64,000 bases of DNA from Fimbriimonadia bacterium (GTDB taxonomy: Bacteria > Armatimonadota > Fimbriimonadia > Fimbriimonadales > JABRVX01): assembly GCA_041483895.1 (NCBI GenBank), contig JBGPGO010000011.1:1-64000 (forward strand), given 5' to 3'. Shown here piece by piece: positions 48,531 to 59,500 of this stretch. The position numbers and the translations under genes are program-made. Every line of letters begins with the position of its first letter. The stretch's first letter is position 1. The notes under the pieces were generated by a model that did no database searches, was not told the origin of the DNA, and worked only from the letters and a program-made list of their open reading frames with translations.

Positions 48531-48802
48531 ATGGGAAGATTTCCGGATCAGACCTTTTAGTGACGCGCTACATAAAGTTCGACACTCGAAAGCGCATTCT
48601 CGAGGGTCAAAACTCGGCGCTCTTCTTGGTCGGCAAGAAACGGTTCCGATTCGATCAGATCGATTTGGTTCTCTATTCCGCGGATCATCAGCTAACGGTG
48701 ACTTCCGGCACCGAGATGCTCACTGTTCCCATAATCGCCAACAATGCGAAGCACAAAGCCGCCCTCGATATGTTGCTCACTGCGCTCCGGCGAGGGCGTT
48801 GA
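48527..48802 (+). CDS. Hypothetical protein (PH-like)
   Basis: ATGA overlap with the upstream gene; fills the operon gap. Confidence 0.6.
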   Translation: MNGKISGSDLLVTRYIKFDTRKRILEGQNSALFLVGKKRFRFDQIDLVLYSADHQLTVTSGTEMLTVPIIANNAKHKAALDMLLTALRRGR

Positions 48803-48803
48803 G

Positions 48804-50891
48804 ATGGTGATCCCAGCGATTCTCTCCATCCTGATCGCCAGTACGTTTGCTCCACCCGGCGACGTGAAGCTGCGGCCGTTTGACTATCGTGGAGTTAGGA
48901 TCGACAGCGGTCCGTTTCGGCAGCAGTTGGACGAGGTAAAGAACTTCTATCTTCGTATCCCCAACGATGATCTGCTGAAGGGGTTTCGAACGCGGGCAGG
49001 ATTGCCAGCTCCAGGCGTCGATTTGGGTGGATGGTACTCGGCGGATGTGTTCCATATCTTCGGGCAGATCATATCCGGTCTTTCTCGCCTGTATGCCGCG
49101 ACGGGGGACACCGCATGCAAGGACAAGGTGTTTGCGCTTGTCGGCGAATGGGGGAAGACGATTGCACCCGATGGATATTTTTACTACACCACCAAGCCGA
49201 ACGCGCGCCACTATATCTACGACAAGATGGTATGCGGCCTGGTCGATGCGTATCTGTACTGCGCCGATAGGGAGGCATTAGGATATCTGAGTAAAATCAC
49301 GGATTGGGCGATCAAGAATCTGAGCCGCGAACGAACGTACAATTTCACCTCAGGGAACGGTTATACGGAGTGGTACACCTTGTCTGAGAACCTGTACCGA
49401 GCATATGACATAACGCGCGATCGAAAGTACCTGAACTTTGCGAAAGTGTGGGAGTACACCGAATATTGGGATCTCTATGCCGCTAGGAAGTATATCTTCT
49501 CGCGCGCAACCGGTTATCACGCATATAGCCATGTAAACACCCTCAGTGGCGCAGGCGCTGCATACATGCAAACTCAGGAGCAGCATTATCTGGACACGAT
49601 TAAGCACGCATACGAATATTTGCATGGCAATGAGTGTTTCGCGACCGGAGGATACGGTCCCAACGAGTCGTTGTTGCCGCCAGCATTGCTGCCGAGGACA
49701 CTCGAAAATTGGACCAACCACTTTGAGACGCAGTGCGGGACGTGGGCGGTTTTCAAGCTGTGCAAGTATCTGATCATGGCCACCGGCGACGGCCGCTATG
49801 GCAACTGGGTGGAGGAGCTTGCATACAATGGGCTTGGTGCGACGATTCCCATGTCGCCGGACGGCAAGGTGTTCTACTATTCCGAATACAGCGTCGATGG
49901 ATCTTCTAAGCGGAATTCGGATACCGGCTGGACGTGCTGCGCGGGCACGCGGCCCCAGGCGGTTGCGGATGTCGTGGATCAGATCTACTACCAAGATGGG
50001 CTGGGCTTCTTTATCAATCTTTTTGTGCCATCCACCGTCCAATGGCAGGGTCACAGCATTACTCAGCGCACGAGGTTTCCGGAAAGCGGATGGGTGGCAA
50101 TTACTATTCATGATGCAAATCACACTCAGTTCAGCATCCATCTTCGAGCGCCCGACTGGCTCGACGGCAAAATGACCGCCGCGGTCAATGGTGAGGCGCT
50201 GGATTTGCTTCCTCCTCGCCAAGGATGGTTCACGGTCCGCCGGTCGTGGCAAGACGGCGACGTTCTCTGGATTCGGCTGCCGATGAAGATTTCGCAGAAG
50301 CCGATCGCGAAAGATGCGAAATATCCGACCGCGATCACCTACGGCCCCGTTGCGATGGCGTTTCGGTCCTCCGCAAATCCCGGCGATATCGTCAATTTCG
50401 GTGCGTTATCGGCCAATTTCATCCCCAGCTTAGGGGAGCCGCTCACATATCATTTGAAGTCCGACCCTTCTGTTCTGGTCCGGCCGTTCTATGCGTTCAA
50501 GGCGGGCGAGTCATACTATCTTTATCTAGACCCTGCGGCGAGGAACCGGGTCTCGTGGCGCGCGGTGAAGCTCGACAAATGGTATGGCGACGCGGGATAT
50601 ATGCGGTACACGGACACCATCGGCGCGACTGCGGAGTATACTTTCGAGGGCACAGGAATCCGTTGGCGTGGGCAGAAATTCGATGACGGAGGGCAGGCGA
50701 AGGTGGAGATTGATGGGACTCTCGTCGGGATCGTTGATATGTATGGGCCTGGCCGCGGACTGCCATTCGACTGGCGCCACACGGATCTGCCGAAGGGCAA
50801 GCATACGATTAAGATAACACTCATCGCCACCAAATCCACAGAATCGAAAGGCACCTTTTTGAACCTGCAGGGATTCGAGGTGATTCCGTGA
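48804..50891 (+). CDS. GH127/GH146-like beta-L-arabinofuranosidase family protein
   Basis: LLKGFR..AGL, GGW, HAYSH, ETQC, WTCCAGT. Confidence 0.88.
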   Translation: MVIPAILSILIASTFAPPGDVKLRPFDYRGVRIDSGPFRQQLDEVKNFYLRIPNDDLLKGFRTRAGLPAPGVDLGGWYSADVFHIFGQIISGLSRLYAATGDTACKDKVFALVGEWGKTIAPDGYFYYTTKPNARHYIYDKMVCGLVDAYLYCADREALGYLSKITDWAIKNLSRERTYNFTSGNGYTEWYTLSENLYRAYDITRDRKYLNFAKVWEYTEYWDLYAARKYIFSRATGYHAYSHVNTLSGAGAAYMQTQEQHYLDTIKHAYEYLHGNECFATGGYGPNESLLPPALLPRTLENWTNHFETQCGTWAVFKLCKYLIMATGDGRYGNWVEELAYNGLGATIPMSPDGKVFYYSEYSVDGSSKRNSDTGWTCCAGTRPQAVADVVDQIYYQDGLGFFINLFVPSTVQWQGHSITQRTRFPESGWVAITIHDANHTQFSIHLRAPDWLDGKMTAAVNGEALDLLPPRQGWFTVRRSWQDGDVLWIRLPMKISQKPIAKDAKYPTAITYGPVAMAFRSSANPGDIVNFGALSANFIPSLGEPLTYHLKSDPSVLVRPFYAFKAGESYYLYLDPAARNRVSWRAVKLDKWYGDAGYMRYTDTIGATAEYTFEGTGIRWRGQKFDDGGQAKVEIDGTLVGIVDMYGPGRGLPFDWRHTDLPKGKHTIKITLIATKSTESKGTFLNLQGFEVIP

Positions 50892-52510
50892 TAGCATATT
50901 TGATCGCCGTCGCACTTGCGGCCAACGTGCAATCACCATTCACCGTCCGAGGCATCAAGGGATTATGGTGGGAGGGGATTGATAAGTATGAAAAGGCGTT
51001 GCCGTGGCTGGCGGAGCATGATCTGAATTTCCTTATGCTCTGCTACAGCTCGTTCAAGGCGAGCGGGGCGGATTGGCGATCCGACTACACAACGGCGGAG
51101 AAGGAGCAGTTCCGCAAGCTGGCGGAGGAGGGGCGGCGCGGCGGCGTAACGGTGTGCCTCTCATTCAATCCCGGCATCTGGAGCAAGCCGGCGCTCACCT
51201 ATTCCAGCGAGGACGACTACGCAATGATCATTGGTAAAGTTCGGTCCATCCATGCGCTTGGCGTTCGCTGGTTCGCGCTCTGTCTCGATGATATCAATAC
51301 GGAACAGCAGCCGAATGACAAGACGAAATTCGGCACGCTGCAGGACGCGCAGGTCTATTTGGTCAATCGTCTGTGGGACGACATGAAAGCAATGACTCCT
51401 CGACCGACGCTGATCTTTTGTCCCAGCGCATACACCACCGAATCGGCGCGGGCGAATATGGCCTACATCAAGCGAATCGGCGATATCGATCCGGATGTGA
51501 TGATGTTTTGGACCGGGCCCGAAGTCCGCTCGCCCAGTATCACCGCGAAGGACGCACAGGAATTTGGAAAGTGGATCAAGCGTAAGCCGTTTGTGTGGGA
51601 CAACTATCCGGTCAATGATGATGGTCCTTGGCGTCCGTATTTGTGCCCATTGAAGAATCGTTCCGCCGATCTGGGCGGGGCGGTGTCCGGGTATTTGGCC
51701 AATCCGATGAAACAGTGGTACGCCTCCACGATTCCGCTCGAATCAACTGCGTCCTACCTCTGTCATCCCTCAGAATATGATCCGAAAAAGGCGCTGGAAT
51801 CTTTATTGACACGATTCGAGCCGAAACAGCGCGAGACTGTGCGTCTATTGGTTAAGTTGTACGGCTCGAAATTCCTGGGCGAGAAAGACTATCCGACGGA
51901 CATTCATAAGGTGCCGAGGGACGAGGCGAAGAACCGGCTTAATGAGTACTACCGGTTGCAGACCCTGTTGCAAGCCGATTCCACGCTTGCCAATCTCTAC
52001 GCCGATGTGCGGCCGACACTCGAGCAGGACATCAGCGATTTGGCGCGGCGAGCCCGCGATCGGGCAAAGGAGTCGCCTCTCAAGGCGATGGGGGACGATT
52101 TTGATGGGGGCGCGGGTTCCGTGTACGGCTATCGCTACTTCGATAGACCCGTCAACTATGTCTATGCGCGCTCGACCGGCAAGAACAGGATGAGCGCCAG
52201 CTTCTATCTTGCTTCGCCAATACCGGCGACGCTGCGATTGACCGCGCGGATGGACGACCGCGACAGCCGGTTTCCAATTAGAATTTCCATTAATGGGCAT
52301 GTGATTGTCGAAGGCGACTCTTCATACGATGGAAAGGGGTTTTCCACGAAGGAGTTCCCCGTCGCCGCTTCCATGTTAAAGAAGGGCGCGAACAGGCTGG
52401 TGATCGAGAACCTTGTTCCGACCGGCGGCCTCGGCATGCCGCCATGGTTTATGGTGTCGGAGGCGGAGTTCGTCATCACCGATGGCCTCCCACGCGGGTC
52501 TTTGTGGTAG
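50888..52510 (+). CDS. GH84-like beta-N-acetylglucosaminidase domain protein
   Basis: FALCLDDI, FCPSAY, FWTGPEV, WDNYPVND, NPM. Confidence 0.88.
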   Translation: MIAYLIAVALAANVQSPFTVRGIKGLWWEGIDKYEKALPWLAEHDLNFLMLCYSSFKASGADWRSDYTTAEKEQFRKLAEEGRRGGVTVCLSFNPGIWSKPALTYSSEDDYAMIIGKVRSIHALGVRWFALCLDDINTEQQPNDKTKFGTLQDAQVYLVNRLWDDMKAMTPRPTLIFCPSAYTTESARANMAYIKRIGDIDPDVMMFWTGPEVRSPSITAKDAQEFGKWIKRKPFVWDNYPVNDDGPWRPYLCPLKNRSADLGGAVSGYLANPMKQWYASTIPLESTASYLCHPSEYDPKKALESLLTRFEPKQRETVRLLVKLYGSKFLGEKDYPTDIHKVPRDEAKNRLNEYYRLQTLLQADSTLANLYADVRPTLEQDISDLARRARDRAKESPLKAMGDDFDGGAGSVYGYRYFDRPVNYVYARSTGKNRMSASFYLASPIPATLRLTARMDDRDSRFPIRISINGHVIVEGDSSYDGKGFSTKEFPVAASMLKKGANRLVIENLVPTGGLGMPPWFMVSEAEFVITDGLPRGSLW

Positions 52511-52620
52511 GTTATAGTTTGGGTAGCGGCAATCTGACCCGCGCCTACAGATAAAGATTCACGCGGGTCTTTGTGGTAGGTTATAGTTTGGGTATCGGAG
52601 ATCTGACCCGCGCCTACAGA
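52491..52620. repeat. Tandem pair of GTAG-type REP-like hairpins (69-bp period)
   Basis: CACGCGGGTC...GACCCGCGCCTACAGA at 52491 and 52560. Confidence 0.88.
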
Positions 52621-52640
52621 ATTGCAGGAGGTTTTGTTGA

Positions 52641-54104
52641 ATGTTGTTGTTCTTGATCATCACCATATTGCAAACCGCAAAGCCAGCCTTCCAAGATCGC
52701 TCGACCGAAATGGGACTGACCATCGGAGCCGATGCCGCATGCTGGGTGGATATAGACAACGATGGGTGGACGGATTTGATAACATCCGGTGCCGTTTGGA
52801 AGAACGAAAAAGGCAAGAAGTTCACCAAGATCGCCGATGTCGGTTCTGTGGTGGCGGCCGATTTTGACAATGATGGTTTCGTCGATCTGTTCTCATGGTC
52901 ACAGATGAAACTGTATCACAACATCGGCGGCGCCAAATTCGAGCCGATCCCCCTCCCAGAACTGCCACCCACCATTTCTCGCGGCGCGTGCTGGGGCGAT
53001 TTCGACAATGACGGGTTTGTGGATTTGTACATTGGCGGGTTCGAGGATTGGGAGAAGCAGATCGCCTACCCGGACATGATACTCATGAATCAAGGCGGCA
53101 AGTCGTTCAAACTTGCGTGGAGTGAGATCAAGTATCGCGCACGGGGCGTGACGGCGTGCGATTTCGACCGAGATGGCGACGTTGATATCTACGTCTCCAA
53201 CTATCGCCTGCAACCGAATCTATTGTGGATTAATGACGGGACCGGCCACTTCAAAGAGATGGCCGCCGATTACAACGCCGTCGCAACTTCGCCAGGTTTT
53301 CCGGGCGGGCATTCGATTGGGGCATGCTGGGGCGATTTTGATGATGATGGGTTTATGGACCTGTTCGCGGGCAACTTCGCTCACGTAGATGATCGCGGGG
53401 ATCAGCCGAAGTCACGTTTCCTGCGAAACCTGGGTCTCAATAAGGGATTCAAGTTTGAAGATATGGGAACGTGCGGCGTGTTCTATCAGGAGTCGTACGA
53501 CACCCCCGCCGACGGCGACTATGACAACGACGGCGACCTGGACCTTTACTTCACCACCGTCTACCCTATCGCGTCGTTCAACAGACCGAACCATCCCGTG
53601 CTGTATCGAAACGATGGGAAGTTTGTGTTCGCGGATGCGACGGCCTCAGCGGGGTTGGCCGGCCTACCCACAACCACACAGGCGGCATGGGCGGACTTCG
53701 ATAACGATGGAGACCTGGATCTGGTGACTGGGGGCAAGCTGTTCGTCAACCAAGGAAATGGCAATCACTGGCTGGAGGTCCGCCTGCATGGCGATGGACA
53801 CATTGTCAATCGGTCCGCCATCGGCGCGCAGGTGCGAATCAAGCTAAAAGGGAAAACCCTGACGCGGCAGGTAGAGTCCGGGACGGGCGAAGGCAATCAG
53901 AATGATCTGCGGCTGCACTTCGGTCTTGGCGACACCAAGGGCAAAGTTGATTTGGAGATTTTGTGGCCCGGCGGCCATCTGCAGCGAGTTCAAAACGTCA
54001 AGATAGATCGAATCACGGATGTGGATTTGCATGTTTCCGCGCCAAAAAGTACACGACCGGAACCCGTGCCTCCGACCGTGCGACCAAGGCATGGAGGAGG
54101 CTAG
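52641..54104 (+). CDS. CRTAC1 family protein (FG-GAP/VCBS repeats + ASPIC/UnbV)
   Basis: Multiple D(F/Y)DNDG.xDL repeats; NRSAIGA, LHFGLG, WP. Confidence 0.92.
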   Translation: MLLFLIITILQTAKPAFQDRSTEMGLTIGADAACWVDIDNDGWTDLITSGAVWKNEKGKKFTKIADVGSVVAADFDNDGFVDLFSWSQMKLYHNIGGAKFEPIPLPELPPTISRGACWGDFDNDGFVDLYIGGFEDWEKQIAYPDMILMNQGGKSFKLAWSEIKYRARGVTACDFDRDGDVDIYVSNYRLQPNLLWINDGTGHFKEMAADYNAVATSPGFPGGHSIGACWGDFDDDGFMDLFAGNFAHVDDRGDQPKSRFLRNLGLNKGFKFEDMGTCGVFYQESYDTPADGDYDNDGDLDLYFTTVYPIASFNRPNHPVLYRNDGKFVFADATASAGLAGLPTTTQAAWADFDNDGDLDLVTGGKLFVNQGNGNHWLEVRLHGDGHIVNRSAIGAQVRIKLKGKTLTRQVESGTGEGNQNDLRLHFGLGDTKGKVDLEILWPGGHLQRVQNVKIDRITDVDLHVSAPKSTRPEPVPPTVRPRHGGG

Positions 54105-55048
54105 GGGATTGGGATCGCGTTCTTGTTCGCCTCCAGCCACTGGGCGAATGTCTGGAGCTTCGGGTTTAGCTCTCGCGAAAACGCGATGCTCCGCGCGCCG
54201 CAGTAGTAGTCGTTGAAATCGCGCTTGAACTGGAACATATTTCCCAAATCTTCCGCGCCGGGGAAACCGAGCGCCCGGTAAGCATCCGGCGATATCGGAT
54301 AAAAGCCGACCTCGCGCCCAATCGCTTTCGTGAACGCCGCCGCCATCTCCACCCCGCTCAGGTGCTCGCCCGCGATGCCGACGGTCTTGCCGATAAATTC
54401 CGGCCGTTTGAAAATGCTATATGGGCAACCGCCTATGTCTCCCGCCGCGATTCCGGGCAGCTTCTTATCATCCATGGGGAACGCAATCATCAGTTTTCCG
54501 TCCGGCCCGGGCTGCGGCCCCATGCCGAAGTGGATGAAGTTGTCCCAGTAGAAGGAGGTCAGTAGGAACGTTGTCGGCACGCCCATGTCCCGGAAGAATT
54601 GGTCTGACTGGCCCTTCGCATCAAGATGCGGGACCTTGTATTCGCCCATCAGGGTCGGCATGCTGCTGTCGCTCAAGGGGACCCATTTTCGGGTGTCTTC
54701 CAGCGTGGACCAGATGGCGTGCCGGACGCCGCTGTCCTTCGCCGCTTGCGCCATGTTCCTTGCCGAAGCCGTCTCGGCGTCCGGCGAGCAGTGCGCCCAA
54801 AAGAATGTGACGCAATAGGCGCCATACGCGCCTTCGAACGCCTTTCGTAGGCTCGCGACGTCGTCCACGTCCCCCTGCACAACCTCCGCGCCGCGCGCCG
54901 ACAACTGCCGAGCCTTTTCGGAATTTGGATCCCTTGTGACGGCGCGCACGGCAAATCCGCCGGTTGGATCGTTAAGGATCGCATCTGCCACACCGCCGCC
55001 CTGCGCGCCTGTCGCACCGACGACCGCGATTACTTTTTTATCAGCCAT
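54101..55048 (-). CDS. NmrA/HSCARG family protein
   Basis: VVGATGAQGG, RAVTRDP, VPHLDAK. Confidence 0.93.
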   Translation of the reverse strand: MADKKVIAVVGATGAQGGGVADAILNDPTGGFAVRAVTRDPNSEKARQLSARGAEVVQGDVDDVASLRKAFEGAYGAYCVTFFWAHCSPDAETASARNMAQAAKDSGVRHAIWSTLEDTRKWVPLSDSSMPTLMGEYKVPHLDAKGQSDQFFRDMGVPTTFLLTSFYWDNFIHFGMGPQPGPDGKLMIAFPMDDKKLPGIAAGDIGGCPYSIFKRPEFIGKTVGIAGEHLSGVEMAAAFTKAIGREVGFYPISPDAYRALGFPGAEDLGNMFQFKRDFNDYYCGARSIAFSRELNPKLQTFAQWLEANKNAIPIP

Positions 55049-55068
55049 TCCACTCCCCTCGCATTAGA

Positions 55069-56574
55069 TTACTGCATCAGGTCTTCGACAACGTGCCCGT
55101 GGACATCGGTGAGTCGAAAATCACGTCCCTGGTACGGGATGGACAGGAGCTTGTGGTCTACGCCCATCAGCCACAGCAGCGTCGCTTGCAGATCATGAAC
55201 GTGGACCGCGCCATTGGTGAAATCCTGCTTGGTCGGTTCCATCGCGTTGCCGTCCGGATCGGCGATGTTGTAGCCATAGTCGTCCGTTCGTCCGTAGGTC
55301 GTTCCCGCCTTCACGCCCCCGCCCGCCATGAACACGGTGAAGCAGCGCGGATGGTGGTCGCGGCCGAAGACGGCAGGCTCCAGCGGACCCTGCGAGTAGC
55401 TGGTGCGCCCGAACTCGCCGCCCCACACAATCAGCGTGTCTTCCAGCATTCCTAAACGCTTGAGGTCCTTGATAAGCGCGGCGGTCGGTTGGTCCGTGTC
55501 TTTGCATTGGACCGATATTCCGCTGACCAGGCTGCCATGCTGATCCCAGCCTTGGTGATACAGTTGGATAAAGCGGACTCCTTTTTGCGCCATTCGGCGG
55601 GCGAGGAGGCAGTTGGCGGCAAAGGTGCCCGGCTTCCGCGAATCCGGTCCGTACAACTCAAATACTTCGTTCGGCTCTTTGCTGAGATCGGTGACATCGG
55701 GGACGCTTGTCTGCATTTTATAGGCCATTTCGTATTGGGCGATTCGGCTCTCGATTTCGGGATCGAGCTCCTTTTCATATTCGTGCCGATTCAATTCGCT
55801 CAATCGATCCAGCATCGCCCTGCGACCCGAGCCGCAGATTCCATCGGGGTTGGACAGATACAGAACCGGTTCTTTGCCCGCGCGGAATCGCACGCCCTGA
55901 TATCGGGAGTCCAAGAAACCGCTTCCCCATAACCTGGAGTAGAGCGGCTGGTCGCCCTTGCCGACGCTTGCGAGCACGACGAAGGTGGGCAGGTCTTCGT
56001 TCATCGTACCGAGGCCGTAGGAGACCCATGAACCGAACGAGGGTCGGCCGGCGATCTGGCTGCCGGTCTGGAAAAACGTGATTGCGGGATCGTGATTGAT
56101 CGCTTCAGTGAACATGGACTTGACGAAGCAGAGATCGTCGGCCACGCCGGCGATATTTGGAAGGATCTCGCTGAGCCAGGCCCCTCCCTGTCCGTGTTGG
56201 GCGAACTTGAACGGCGAGCCGGCGAGGGGAATGACGCTTTGGTGCGCGCTCATAGTGGTGAGGCGCTGGCCGTGCCGGACGGCTTCCGGGAGCGGCTGGC
56301 CGTGCATTTTGTTGAGGAGCGGCTTGTAGTCGAACAGGTCCTGTTGCGCGGGCCCGCCTGCCTGGAAGAGGTAGATAATCCTCTTGGCCTTTGCGGGATG
56401 GTGGAGCTTGCCCAGGACCCCGTTGACCTTTGTATCGTCGCCGAGTACCCAGCTTGGCATGAGGGATGCCAGGGCAAGCGCCCCAAACCCCTGCGCGGCC
56501 CGGCCAAAGAACTCCCGTCGGGTGAGGCCGACGAGGTCGTCAATCCTCATTCGTTTGTCTTCAGGTCTCATCAC
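55069..56574 (-). CDS. DUF1501 family protein (Tat signal)
   Basis: TRREFF, GGPAQQDLFDYKP, GWDQH, GEFGRT, GRDHH. Confidence 0.93.
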   Translation of the reverse strand: MMRPEDKRMRIDDLVGLTRREFFGRAAQGFGALALASLMPSWVLGDDTKVNGVLGKLHHPAKAKRIIYLFQAGGPAQQDLFDYKPLLNKMHGQPLPEAVRHGQRLTTMSAHQSVIPLAGSPFKFAQHGQGGAWLSEILPNIAGVADDLCFVKSMFTEAINHDPAITFFQTGSQIAGRPSFGSWVSYGLGTMNEDLPTFVVLASVGKGDQPLYSRLWGSGFLDSRYQGVRFRAGKEPVLYLSNPDGICGSGRRAMLDRLSELNRHEYEKELDPEIESRIAQYEMAYKMQTSVPDVTDLSKEPNEVFELYGPDSRKPGTFAANCLLARRMAQKGVRFIQLYHQGWDQHGSLVSGISVQCKDTDQPTAALIKDLKRLGMLEDTLIVWGGEFGRTSYSQGPLEPAVFGRDHHPRCFTVFMAGGGVKAGTTYGRTDDYGYNIADPDGNAMEPTKQDFTNGAVHVHDLQATLLWLMGVDHKLLSIPYQGRDFRLTDVHGHVVEDLMQ

Positions 56575-56575
56575 T

Positions 56576-59500
56576 TCACCGTTTCCATATTACCGCGTCG
56601 GAATTCATAACCGTTTGCACCATGACCGTCATCGCCGCAAGTTCAACGGGGTTCAGCGCCGAGTCCGCCTTGGAATCGCCGAAGGAGATCAGTCTGCGGG
56701 CAGAATCGGGGTCCAATCGAAACTGTCGCCGCTGCTCAATAAAAGTTTGCATAAGGAGCACGGACTCCCTGGCGTCCGGCGAGCGCCCCGCCAGCCGGAC
56801 GAATACGGTCTTGATCCGTGCCGCGTCCCCAGTGTTCATCTGCAACACGCGTTCGGCAAGCACACGGGCGGCTTCGACAAACTGCACATCGTTGAGAAGT
56901 ACGAGCGCTTGCAGCGGCGTGTTTGTCGTGGGGCGGCGCACGGTACAGGCTTCCCGCGAATTGGCGTCGAAAATCAGCATGCTGGGGACCGGGGAGGTGC
57001 GTTTCCACGTCGAGTAGATGCTTCGCCGATACAGCTCGGTCCCGGTGCTCTGGACAAACTGCGGTGTCATGCCGTTGTTCTCCGTCCAGATGCCGGCGGG
57101 CTGGTAGGCGTTGACCGGCGGTCCACCCATCTTGGGATTGAGAAGACCCGAAGCGGCCAGCACGGTGTCGCGCACCATTTCCGCGGACAGTCGCAGACTC
57201 GGTCCGCGCGCATAAAGCCGGTTCAATGGATCAGCGTCAATGAGCTTCTTCGTCCTCACGCTATCCTGCCGATAGGTGGAAGACAATACGATTTCACGTA
57301 TCAATTCCTTGACGTTCCAGCCGGAATCAATGAAGTGACGGGCAAGATAGTCGAGCAGTTCCGGGTGCGTCGGTCGCGATCCCTGAATGCCAAAGTTTTC
57401 GCTTGTCTCGACAAGGCCGACGCCGAACAGCATTTGCCAAATCCGATTGACCGCGACGCGGGCTGTCAGAGGATTATCCGGCCTGGTGACCCACTTTGCG
57501 AGGGCCAGGCGATCGTTGCGAGTGGTCGACCCCAACGCCGGCAGGGACTTCGGCACGCCTCGCGTCACACGATTTTCCGCTGTTCGCGGAGCGTCATATT
57601 GTCCCCGCCGCAAAACGTATGCGGGATTTGGTGTGGGCGCATCTTGCATCACGGATATCTCCATGATGCCCTCTTCGAAATTAGCGAGATCGGTCTGCGC
57701 TTTTTGCACGGCGGCTTGCGCGGACCTGGCCTGTTCATCCAGCGCTGAGATGTAATACTCGCGAAGACCTATTGCGGGTGATTTTAGGACCGCGGTAAGC
57801 GGCACGCCGTCATATAATTGGGTGATCTCCAAGGGACTCAGCGCACGCTGCGCGAACGTCAGCTCATCCAGCTTGCCGCCCTTGAACCCGGCGTCCCGAA
57901 ATCGCTGACCAAACGCCCAATCGCCGCCGCTGGGACCGAGGTCCCCGTACCCATTGATCTTCTTCCAAAGTTGGTCGACAATGATAGTGGTCTTTGCGGG
58001 GCGGCCGTCTATGTATAGCTGTAGGCCTGCCGCTCGTCCGCTGCCGTCCCACGACCAGCCGATGTGCGACCATGCGCTCTTTGGCACCTGACTCTGGGTG
58101 CGGATCGCCACCGCATTCCCGGGCCAATGCCGCATGACTCGCGCGGTCAGATAGCCGTTTTCCAGCATCAGATCGAAGCCGCAAAAACCGACGTCCGTTC
58201 CTCCGGTGCGATGCAGCAGAACCACCGGTCCGGTCTGCCGCGGGTCTGCAATCCAAAACGACCAGGTGAACGCCTCCCAGCGCTCTTTCGCCGGCAATCC
58301 ACGCACAGTGATTCCGTTGTCGCCGTCGAATTCCACGGCTTTCCCACTCTTGCCCGGCACCAGCTCGACATTTCCGAGCTTTGCCCCAAACGCCTTGCCG
58401 ACGCTGCTGGGAAACTTGTCGGCATCGATTGTGTCCAAAGAAATGTGGGCGACAACATCGGGGGTCTCCGCGCGAACGGGCCTGCCTGCCAACCAGTGTT
58501 TGTAGCGCGGTTCGGCGTCCTTTCCGGCTTGGTCGCGGGCGCGCAGAGCGGCGTCAGATTCCGAACGCAGTTTGCCGAGCTTTGCTTCCTGCTCAGGTGT
58601 CGGCAAGAGCAGCGAAGGGGTGGGCACGATCTCCGAGCTCAGCAGAAGGCCATATTCGTTGATCGAGTTGAAGTATGCGTAGAACTGGTAGTACTCCCTT
58701 TGCGTTATCGGATCGAATTTATGATCGTGGCAGCGGGCGCAGCCGACGGTCAGCCCAAGCATTGCCGTGCCAAACGTATCCACTCGATCTACCGCATATT
58801 CATTCTTGAACTCCGCGGCTATCGAACCACCCTCGTTCGATTGTCGGTGCAACCGGTTAAACGCGGTCGCAAGCCTCTGATCCCGCGTCGGTGAAGGCAG
58901 CAGATCACCCGCAAGTTGATTCATGAGAAACTGATTGTATGGCAGATTTTCGTTGAACGATTTGACGACCCAATCGCGATACGGCCACGTCGGCATCAGC
59001 AGATCGGACTGGTAGCCATAGCTGTCGGAATAGCGCGCGGCGTCGAGCCAATCGACGGAGATCCGTTCGCCATAGTGCGGACTTGCCAATAGCCGATCCA
59101 CAACGCGTTCATAGGCGTTGGCGCCGGTATCGGCCAGAAATGCCGCAATCTCATCTTCCGTAGGTGGAAGCCCGGTGAGATCGTAGGTGGCGCGCCGCAG
59201 CCATCGCTCTCTTGGCGCGGGTGGACTTGGCGAAAGATTCTCGCGAATCAAACGAGCGAGCACAAATCGATCGATATCGTTGCGGGGCCAATTGCTTTTG
59301 ACGTTCGGCACCGGGACGGAAGCGGGAAGCGATTCGAACGACCATAGCTTGCCGTAGTGCGCGCCTTCCGCGATCCATTGCGTAATCGTCGCAATCTCTT
59401 CCTTGCTGAGAGTCTTCCCGCTAAAGGTCGGCGGCATCTCATGAGCTGTAATCCGTTTCACGACGAGGCTCTTGCTCGGTTGCCCTGGGACGATGGGCCA

